The translations under genes and the position numbers were made by a program. Source: Candidatus Latescibacterota bacterium (lineage in GTDB: Bacteria; Latescibacterota; UBA2968; UBA8231). Taken from it: DNA of 64,000 nucleotides. Positions 56,724 through 64,000 of the stretch are shown piece after piece; the first letter of the stretch is position 1; every line of letters starts with the position of its first letter. The notes beneath the pieces are model-generated. The model saw nothing but the letters and a program-made list of their open reading frames with translations, searched no databases and was not told the origin of the DNA. The stretch lies in NCBI GenBank assembly GCA_965221775.1, contig CBDCSU010000005.1, positions 1,120,001 through 1,184,000 of the forward strand, written 5' to 3'.

Positions 56724-58627
56724 GTGCCTTCAGGATACCTTGCCTTGCGGCGCTGCTGCTCCTGGCCGCCTGCGCCGCCCCGGGCTGGGAGTGGTCCTCG
56801 TACGCCGCCGACCCCGCCAGCACCCGCTTCGCGCCCCTGTCGCAGATCGACGGCGGCAACTTCCACCAGTTGCGGGAGGCCTGGCGGTACACCGCGCCCG
56901 ACAAGGCGATCGCCGCGGCCGAGGGCCTCGGGACCTACGCCAACAAGGGCAGCCCCCTCGTCGCCGACGGAGTGCTCTACTACGGGTCCCCCTTCAACGT
57001 GCTCTGCGCCGTCGATCCGGCCAGCGGCGAGGAGCTGTGGACCTTCGACCCCCGGGCCTGGGAGGCCGGGGGCTTCCGCGGCACCTCCCGGGGAGTCGCG
57101 TACTGGCGCAGCGGCCCGGTGAAGCGGCTGTTCTACGGCACCGCCAGCGACCGCCTCTACTCCATCGACGCCGAGACCGGCCGGCCCGACACGGCCTTCG
57201 GCGAGGGCGGCTTCGTCGACCTGGGCGAGGGCCTGCGGCGGCCCATCGACCGCGAGCGCTACTGCGTCACCTCGCCGCCCATCGTCTGCCGCGGCGTGGT
57301 GGTGGTCGGCGCCGGCATCGCCGACTGGCACGCCGAGCCCCCCGAGGAGTACTCCACCCCGGGCGACGTGCGCGGCTTCGACGCCCGCACCGGCGAGCAG
57401 CTGTGGGTCTTCCACACGGTGCCGCAGGAGGGCGAGGACGGCAACGAGACCTGGGAGAACGACGCCTGGCGCACCTTCGGGAACGCCAACGTGTGGTCGG
57501 CCATGAGCGCCGACGAGGAGCTGGGCTACGTCTACCTGCCGACGAGCGCGACGACCCACAACTACTACGGCGGCGACCGCCCCGGGGCCAACCTCTTCAG
57601 CCAGAGCCTGGTCTGCGTGAAGGCCGCCACCGGGGAGCGCGTGTGGCATTACCAGTTCGTGCACCACGGCCTGTGGAACTACGACCTGTCGGCGCCGCCG
57701 GTGCTGGCCGACATCAGGGTGGACGGCCGCACGGTCAAGGCCCTGGCCCAAGTGAGCAAGCAGGCCTTCTGCTATGTCCTCGACCGCACCACCGGGGAGC
57801 CGGTCTGGCCGATCGAGGAGAGTCCGGTGCCGGCGTCCGGGGTCCCGGGGGAACGGAGCTGGCCTACCCAGCCCTTCCCCACGAGGCCGGCGCCCTACGA
57901 CCGCCAGGGCCTGCAGGAGGAGGACCTCATCGACTTCACCCCCGAGCTGAGGCGCAAGGCCCTGGACCGTCTCCGCCGGTTCGACCACGGGCCCCTGTAC
58001 ACGCCCCCCAGCGAGCGGGGCGCGCTGGTCCTGCCCGGGGCCCAGGGAGCCGCGGACTGGAACGGTCCGGCCCTGGTGCCGGGGACCAACGTGCTCTACG
58101 TGGCCTCGCGCACCGAACCCGACGTCGTCTGGTTGGAGCAGGCGGGGGCCCCGGGGGAGTACGGCAGCTTCACGAGGGGCGATGTGTACGTCGACGGCCT
58201 GCCCCTGGTGAAGCCCCCCTACGGCCGCGTCACCGCCATCGACCTCGACACCGGCGAGCACCTGTGGATGAGCCCCGTGGGCCGCGGCCCCGTCAACCAT
58301 CCGGCCCTGCGCGGACTCGACCTGCCGCCACTGGGCTGGTTCGACCGCAGCTTCCCGCTGGCCACCGAGACGGTGCTGATCCTGGCCACCGGGATGCCTC
58401 GCTCGCTGCCCCCGGGAGCCGAGGCCTTCGTCGACCTGGGAGCCTGCCTGCGCGCCTTCGACCTGGAGACGGGAGCGGTCCTGGCGGAGGTGAAGCTCCG
58501 GGACCAGCCCGAGGGGAGCCCCGTCAGCTACATGGTCGACGGCCGCCAGTACCTGGTCGTCCCCGTCAACGGCGCCCCCGGAGCGCCGCAGCTGCTGGCC
58601 CTGGCGCTGCCGGAGGACGGATCGTGA
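56720..58627 (+). CDS. PQQ-dependent dehydrogenase, paralog 2
   Basis: Near-identical tandem copy; GTGA overlap. Confidence 0.88.
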   Translation: MSAFRIPCLAALLLLAACAAPGWEWSSYAADPASTRFAPLSQIDGGNFHQLREAWRYTAPDKAIAAAEGLGTYANKGSPLVADGVLYYGSPFNVLCAVDPASGEELWTFDPRAWEAGGFRGTSRGVAYWRSGPVKRLFYGTASDRLYSIDAETGRPDTAFGEGGFVDLGEGLRRPIDRERYCVTSPPIVCRGVVVVGAGIADWHAEPPEEYSTPGDVRGFDARTGEQLWVFHTVPQEGEDGNETWENDAWRTFGNANVWSAMSADEELGYVYLPTSATTHNYYGGDRPGANLFSQSLVCVKAATGERVWHYQFVHHGLWNYDLSAPPVLADIRVDGRTVKALAQVSKQAFCYVLDRTTGEPVWPIEESPVPASGVPGERSWPTQPFPTRPAPYDRQGLQEEDLIDFTPELRRKALDRLRRFDHGPLYTPPSERGALVLPGAQGAADWNGPALVPGTNVLYVASRTEPDVVWLEQAGAPGEYGSFTRGDVYVDGLPLVKPPYGRVTAIDLDTGEHLWMSPVGRGPVNHPALRGLDLPPLGWFDRSFPLATETVLILATGMPRSLPPGAEAFVDLGACLRAFDLETGAVLAEVKLRDQPEGSPVSYMVDGRQYLVVPVNGAPGAPQLLALALPEDGS

Positions 58628-58691
58628 TCGAGGCGCCTCGACCGGACCGCTCCCTTGCTCTAGGGTGAGGAGGCAGTGGGGCACCCTGAAA

Positions 58692-58875
58692 CCGCCGAGC
58701 CCTGCCGCCCGAGAAGGCGCCCCATGAGATTCGTCGCCTGCCTGCCTGACCGCGAAGGTCCCCCATGGGATTCGCCGCCGCCGAGCCCCGCCGCCCGGGA
58801 AGGCTCCCCATGCGACTGGCGCCCGCCGCGCCTCTCTGCCCGAGAAGGTCCCCCATGAGACTGAGATTCGCCGCC
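58692..58875 (+). repeat. Four imperfect tandem repeats (41-45 bp), each containing GAAGG and a downstream CCCCATG
   Basis: ATGs at 58724, 58765, 58810 and 58855. Confidence 0.8.
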
Positions 58876-61074
58876 ATCGCCCTGTGGATCGCCGCCCTCT
58901 GCGGACCGGCCGCCGCCGGGACCACCCTGATCGACGGCCGGCAGCCCCTCGCCGCCGTGGTGCTGCCGCCGCACCCCCACGAGGACGAGGAGCTGGCCGC
59001 GCTCGAGCTGCGGGAGCACCTGCGGCGCATGAGCGGGGTCGAGCTTCCCCTGGTGGAGGGCCGTGCGCCCGATGGCCTGGTGCCGGTGCGCCTCGGCCTG
59101 GAGCTGCGCCCGGAGTCCGAGCAAGTCATCCGGACCCGCAGCGACGACCGGGCCGCCTTCCTCCTGGAGGTGACGGCTGAAGGGGTGACCCTGGCCGGGC
59201 TCACGCCCGAGGGAACCCTGTTCGCCGCCTACGAGCTGCTGGAGCAGCTCGGCTGCCGCTGGTACATGCCCGGAGAGCTGGGCACGGTGGTGCCCCGCCG
59301 GACGAGGGTGACCGCCGCGGCGCAGCGGACCGTGCGCTTCCCCTCCTTCGCCGCCCGCAACCTGCAGGCGGTGACGCGGGCCCTGCCCTGGTACCGCCGG
59401 CAGCGCCTCGGCGGCGACTGGTTCCCCGGGGCCCACGGCATCCCCCTCGAGCCGCCGGCCGCGCTGGAGACCGAGCCCGAGCTGTTCGCCCTGGTGGACG
59501 GGAGGCGGGTCTCGGGCCAGCTCTGCGTCGGCCATCCCGAGGTCGTGCGGCGGGCCACGGCCGCCGTCATCGCCTACTTCGAGGAGCACCCGGAGCGGCC
59601 CTGGGTCGGGCTGGGCCCCGACGACGGCCGGGGGTTCTGCGAGGACGAGCGCTGCCGCGCCCTCGACGGCGGCGAGTGGGACCCCCACGCGGCCGGCCCG
59701 TCGATGACCGACCGCTACGTCTGGCTCTTCAACCGGATCCTCGAGGGCATGGAGGAGCGCTTCCCCGACAAGAGGATCGGCTTCTACGCCTACGACTCGT
59801 ACAAGCTGCCGCCGCGCCGGGTGAAGCCCGACCCCCGCATCGTGCCCGCCTTCGCGCCGATCACCCTGTGCCGCCTCCACGGGCTGGACAACCCCGTCTG
59901 CCCCGACCGCTCCTTCTACAAGAGCCTGATGCGGCGCTGGGGGGAGCTGGTGCCGGAGGTCTTCGAGCGCGGCTACTACTTCAACCTCGCCGACCCCGGC
60001 TTCCCCTTCAGCAAGGTCCACGCCCTGCGCCAGGAGACGCCCTTCGCCCACGCCGCCGGCATCAGCGGCTGGCGCGTCGAGTGCATGCCGGCGTGGTCGG
60101 CGCACACCCCCACCCTCTACGTGGCGGCGCGGCTCATGTGGGACGTCGACACCGACGTGGACGCGCTGTTGCGGGAGTTCTACTCCGCCTTCTTCGGGCC
60201 CGCCGCCGAGCCCATGGGCGCCTACCTCGGCAGCATCGACCACGCCTACCGCGACACCGACTGCCACGCCGGCAGCAGCCACTGCCTGCCCCGCGTCTTC
60301 GACGACGACTGGCGCGGCAGGGCCGCCGGCCTGCTGGCCGAGGCCGCGGCTCTGGCGGAGGGCGCCGACGCCGAGCGGGTGCGCATCTACGCCCTCGCCC
60401 ACGCCCGCCTGGAGGCGTTCCTCGCCATGCTGGCGTCGCGCGACGCCTTCGACTTCGCCGCCGCCCACGAGCATCTGCTACAGGTGCGGGCCCTCACCGA
60501 TACCATGCTCGCCTACCCCCTGGCCGAGAACGCCCACCTGCTGTGGCCGCGCATCGCCCACTCCTACCTCGACCGCTTCTGGAGCCCCGCCGTGGAGCAG
60601 GCCCACGAGCGCGCCGTGGAGCGCGGAGAGCTGGTGGCCCCCCTGCCCGAGGTCTGGGACTTCCTCATCGATCCCGCCGGCGTCGGCGAGAGCCTGGGCT
60701 GGTTCCGCGAGGGGGAGATCGGCGGCAACTGGCAACCGCTGCGCACCAGCACCGCCAGCTGGAGCGAGCAGGGTCTGCACTACTACAAGGGAGCGGCCTG
60801 GTACCGGACGCAGGTCGAGGTGCCGGCCGCTTCGGTCGGCCGGCGGATCCACCTCTTCTTCGGGAGCGTCGACGAGCAGGCGCGGGTGTGGGTGAACGGC
60901 CGGCTGCTCGGCGACAGCCCGGGCCGCAGCTTCCTGCCCTTCGAGTTCGACGCCACCGCCGCCCTGCGGCCGGGCGCCAACACCGTGGCCGTGCGGATAG
61001 TCAACGTGGAGCTGAACGAGATCGGCACCGGCGGGATCACGGCGCCAGTGATGCTGTGGTCGCCGACGGAGTGA
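58855..61074 (+). CDS. Secreted DUF4838-like protein with GH2-type sugar-binding C-terminus
   Basis: GTLFAAYELLE.LGCRWYMPG, QLCVGHPEV, DDGRGFC, AARLMWD, AWYR...VDEQARVWVNG. Confidence 0.8.
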   Translation: MRLRFAAIALWIAALCGPAAAGTTLIDGRQPLAAVVLPPHPHEDEELAALELREHLRRMSGVELPLVEGRAPDGLVPVRLGLELRPESEQVIRTRSDDRAAFLLEVTAEGVTLAGLTPEGTLFAAYELLEQLGCRWYMPGELGTVVPRRTRVTAAAQRTVRFPSFAARNLQAVTRALPWYRRQRLGGDWFPGAHGIPLEPPAALETEPELFALVDGRRVSGQLCVGHPEVVRRATAAVIAYFEEHPERPWVGLGPDDGRGFCEDERCRALDGGEWDPHAAGPSMTDRYVWLFNRILEGMEERFPDKRIGFYAYDSYKLPPRRVKPDPRIVPAFAPITLCRLHGLDNPVCPDRSFYKSLMRRWGELVPEVFERGYYFNLADPGFPFSKVHALRQETPFAHAAGISGWRVECMPAWSAHTPTLYVAARLMWDVDTDVDALLREFYSAFFGPAAEPMGAYLGSIDHAYRDTDCHAGSSHCLPRVFDDDWRGRAAGLLAEAAALAEGADAERVRIYALAHARLEAFLAMLASRDAFDFAAAHEHLLQVRALTDTMLAYPLAENAHLLWPRIAHSYLDRFWSPAVEQAHERAVERGELVAPLPEVWDFLIDPAGVGESLGWFREGEIGGNWQPLRTSTASWSEQGLHYYKGAAWYRTQVEVPAASVGRRIHLFFGSVDEQARVWVNGRLLGDSPGRSFLPFEFDATAALRPGANTVAVRIVNVELNEIGTGGITAPVMLWSPTE

Positions 61075-61162
61075 GTGAGGTGACGGCTGTACGCCCGTCC
61101 CACCCAGATCTACGCCGCCGAAGGTCTCTCAGCTCAGACGTCTGGAAGCAGGCGCCACGAGG

Positions 61163-61396
61163 TCAATTCTCCTCACGTGCTTTCCAGACTCTCTGCTTTA
61201 TCCCTAGAAAGGTATGGCTCATGTCATGAGGACCAACGGAGATTGCCTTGCCTGCACCATCCCCGGTCATCTCGAAGACAAATCGGAACTGGCGATTCAG
61301 TCTGACTGAATAGGAGCCAGGATACTGTCCAAGTGGTTCCAGGTTTCGACCGGGCGACAATTCGCCGGTACTGAATTCATCGAAAACCTTGACCAC
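61163..61396 (-). pseudogene. RelE/HigB-like toxin, probably N-terminally truncated
   Basis: LEPL..YPGSYSVRLNRQFRFVF...ISVGPHD. Confidence 0.55.
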
Positions 61397-61983
61397 TTCT
61401 CTTCCAAGGACTTCAGGAACTCCTGTCCTCCCCTTATCCTTCCCACACTCTCGGCCATTCTCCCGTCATGCATCAGGATGGTCCAACGTAGATCCTGAAA
61501 CAGCGAAACAAGCTCTCTGTAGAGAGAGTCCAATCGATCCAGTTCAAGGAAGACCTCCGAGCCGTATTTCCTCTCTCCCCCCTTCTTCTCCAGAATCCTC
61601 CGGACGCTGTGTAACTCTTCTCTCTCCTTGTGGAAGTATCCCTCGCCGCGTTCCAATGGCGGTACCCCAGTGTCGTCCGGATCCATTTCCTCATCTTCGG
61701 GATACATGTCGATCGCCTCCCTGAACGTCTCTCGGATGTCCGGGATATTGGACAGGTTCGCCGCCCGCAGCCTGAGGCTTCTCGTATACTCCTTCACGAG
61801 CATCTGGTCCTGCCGGTCAGCAATCGACAAGGAGGCGGGTTTCGACATCCAGATCATGGTCCCCGCGACACTCCTCACTGCCTCATTGAATCCAATCATC
61901 GGCTCTTGCTGCGCAAGCATCTCACTCCTGCTCCTTTTGAGAGAATATACGGCTTTCGACCACCCAAGTCGGGACTTGGCCAT
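61297..61983 (-). CDS. Hypothetical protein, putative antitoxin
   Basis: Lower-GC, 228 aa helical ORF upstream of and overlapping the RelE-like gene. Confidence 0.5.
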   Translation of the reverse strand: MAKSRLGWSKAVYSLKRSRSEMLAQQEPMIGFNEAVRSVAGTMIWMSKPASLSIADRQDQMLVKEYTRSLRLRAANLSNIPDIRETFREAIDMYPEDEEMDPDDTGVPPLERGEGYFHKEREELHSVRRILEKKGGERKYGSEVFLELDRLDSLYRELVSLFQDLRWTILMHDGRMAESVGRIRGGQEFLKSLEEKWSRFSMNSVPANCRPVETWNHLDSILAPIQSD

Positions 61984-62135
61984 CTCTACCAGTCGACCAC
62001 CGACCCGTCGTCGGCGTCGTAATCGACGCGGTAGGGGTGGGGCTCCCCCACCTGGAGGTAGTCGGCGACCTCGAGGGGCGCCGGCGCCGCGGCCTTGGGG
62101 CACGGACGTGGAGACCGCTGTCGTCGGACGCCGCA

Positions 62136-64000
62136 CTAGCGCGGCGCCAGCCGCTCCAGCAGCTGCAGGCGCAGCGACTCCAGGACGTCGAAGTTGACGA
62201 TCTTGGCGCCCTCGGCGTCGACGATGTAGAACGCGTCGGTGGCGCGGTCGGTGACGGTATTGATGATCGCCATGTGTATGTGGCAGCCCTGCTCGCCGAG
62301 GCAGTGGGTGATGGTGTAGAGCAGGCCCACCTCGTCCTGGGCGTTGACGTCGACCACGGTGTAGCGGTCGGAGACCTGGTTCTCGAAGAGCACCTCCGGA
62401 TCGCGCACCGGCCGGTCGCGGCGGCGGCTCCAGTTGGCGCTGTAGCGGTCGAAGAGCTCCTGCACGGCCAGCTCTCCGGCGATCACCTGTGACAGACGCC
62501 GCTCGAGGCGCTGCTTCTTCCACGGGGGCAGGACCGCCGTGCCGTCCACGTCGGTGACGTGGAAGGTGTCGATGACGACATCGTCGTCGCGGGTCTGCAC
62601 GTCGGCGCGCAGGATGTCGATGTCGTGGACGGCGAGGACGCCGCAGATCTCGGCCAGCAGGTGGCGCTGGTCGGCGGCGCAGACGGCGACCTCCGTGTGG
62701 CCCGGGTGCTCCACGTACTCCAGCAGCACCCGCTCCTGCCCCGAGGCGAGGGCCTCCACGAGGGCCAGGTGGCGCTCGATCTGATCCCGGTCGTAGGCCA
62801 GCAGGTAGCGTTCGGGCAGACTCCCCACGTGGGCCTCGAAGGCGGCCACCTTCCCCGGCGCCCAGCGGCCACGGACCTGCTCCAGGTGGCCCTCGACGAT
62901 CGTCCGCGCCCGGGCCCGCCCCTCCAGGCTCTCCATCCCCGAGGCGAGCTGCTCCATCGTCTTGTGGTAGAGCTCCCACAGCAGGGCCCCCTGCCAGTCG
63001 GTCCAGGCGTCGGCGGCGACGGCCGACAGGTCGGCGTAGGACATCAGGTAGAGGGCGCGCAGCCACTCGGGTTCGGCGAAGCGGCCGGCGAAGTCGGCGA
63101 TCATGCGGTGATCGTCGAGGTCGCGGCGCTTGGAGATGGTGACCATCTCCTGGTGGTTCTCGATGAGGAACAGGACCTGCCTCGTGTCGGCCTCGGACAG
63201 CCCGATGCGCTCGCACAGCTCGGCGCCCATGCGCAGGCCGACGCTGATGTGCTCCTCCCGGCGCGACTTGCCGATGTCGTGGAGGAGCATGCCCAGGAAG
63301 AGCAGCTCCTTGCGCTCGATCCCGGCGGCGGCCTGCACCAGCGACGGCGGTCCCTCGCCGCGCAGGAGTTCCTCGAGCTTCTCCAGGCCCACCAGGGTGT
63401 GCTCGTCCACCGTGTAGAGGTGGTAGATGTCGTACTGCACCAGGCAGGTGAGGTCCCCGAACTCGGGCAGGTAGGCGCCGAGGACGCCGAGCTCGTGCAT
63501 CGCCCTCAGGGTGGCGGCGGTGTTCCGCCGGCGCTCGAGGATGCGCAGGAAGAGGTCGCGGGCCCCGGGATGGCGGCGCACCCCGTCGTCGATCAGGTGG
63601 GTCGACTGGCGCAGGAGGCGGCAGACCGGCTCGGACAGGTACAGGCGCCGGGTCTGGGAGAGGCGGAAGATCGACAGCAGCCGCAGCGGGTCGGCGGCCA
63701 GCCACTCGGCGCCGCCGGGCAGCTCGATCTGGTTGTCCACGGCCACCACCCCCGGCTCCAGCAGCAGCCGCCGGCCCCGGCGGGGCCCAGCGGCGAGGCG
63801 GTCGAAACCGAGACGCGCCGCGTGGAAGGCCTGGCTCGCATGCAGGTAGTAGTCCCGTAAAAAGGCCTCCACGGCCAGCTCGCGGCCGCGGTCGGGGCCG
63901 GTGCGGTCCGGCGTCCCCACGCGCAGCAGGTCCCCCTGCCTCGGCAGCTCGCCGGGGGCGCCGACGGCGCGGTCGAAGTAGCCGAGGCTGCGGGCCACGA
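62136..64000 (-). CDS. glnD: [Protein-PII] uridylyltransferase, 5' part outside the window
   Basis: QYDIYHLYTVDEH, LLHDIGK (HD domain), AWTDW..LL.ELY, two ACT domains. Confidence 0.92.
   Translation of the reverse strand, partial: VARSLGYFDRAVGAPGELPRQGDLLRVGTPDRTGPDRGRELAVEAFLRDYYLHASQAFHAARLGFDRLAAGPRRGRRLLLEPGVVAVDNQIELPGGAEWLAADPLRLLSIFRLSQTRRLYLSEPVCRLLRQSTHLIDDGVRRHPGARDLFLRILERRRNTAATLRAMHELGVLGAYLPEFGDLTCLVQYDIYHLYTVDEHTLVGLEKLEELLRGEGPPSLVQAAAGIERKELLFLGMLLHDIGKSRREEHISVGLRMGAELCERIGLSEADTRQVLFLIENHQEMVTISKRRDLDDHRMIADFAGRFAEPEWLRALYLMSYADLSAVAADAWTDWQGALLWELYHKTMEQLASGMESLEGRARARTIVEGHLEQVRGRWAPGKVAAFEAHVGSLPERYLLAYDRDQIERHLALVEALASGQERVLLEYVEHPGHTEVAVCAADQRHLLAEICGVLAVHDIDILRADVQTRDDDVVIDTFHVTDVDGTAVLPPWKKQRLERRLSQVIAGELAVQELFDRYSANWSRRRDRPVRDPEVLFENQVSDRYTVVDVNAQDEVGLLYTITHCLGEQGCHIHMAIINTVTDRATDAFYIVDAEGAKIVNFDVLESLRLQLLERLAPR

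Noticed and set aside
58692-58875. Possible CRISPR array
   Set aside because: Repeats are degenerate, intervening segments are short and similar to each other, and no cas genes are present.
3136-64000. Many long alternative-frame ORFs and N-terminal extensions (e.g. 21306-24176, 36824-39097, 61297-63705)
   Set aside because: Arg/Pro/Gly-rich shadow ORFs expected in high-GC DNA; they overlap genes with clear motifs.

Overview
GC-rich bacterial genomic DNA with no rRNA, tRNA, CRISPR array, integrase or transposase that I can recognise. The backbone is metabolic: MFS and DASS transporters, SMP-30 lactonase, amidase, three PhyH dioxygenases, sthA, a dpaL-like lyase, phosphoesterases, tandem PQQ dehydrogenases and a partial glnD. 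It also encodes secreted repeat proteins (WD40, NHL) with FlgD-Ig/T9SS-like C-termini and an ankyrin protein. By inference only, this repertoire resembles sponge-associated Latescibacterota/Gemmatimonadota-like symbionts. Lower-GC defence and toxin-antitoxin cargo is interspersed: TIR plus membrane protein, PLD nuclease, HsdR remnant, AbiE pair, a frameshifted type IIG RM gene, a PD-(D/E)XK-like protein, HigBA and several decayed TA genes. There is also an ECF sigma/anti-sigma/secreted caspase module. The most unusual signal is that cargo cassettes are flanked by long (about 120-190 bp), slightly diverged direct duplications of the ends of neighbouring protein-coding genes (5265-7297 and 7939-10981), with smaller gene-end remnants elsewhere. 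This suggests integrase-free cassette insertion that replaces gene termini. All calls come from reading motifs by eye; no database searches were run.
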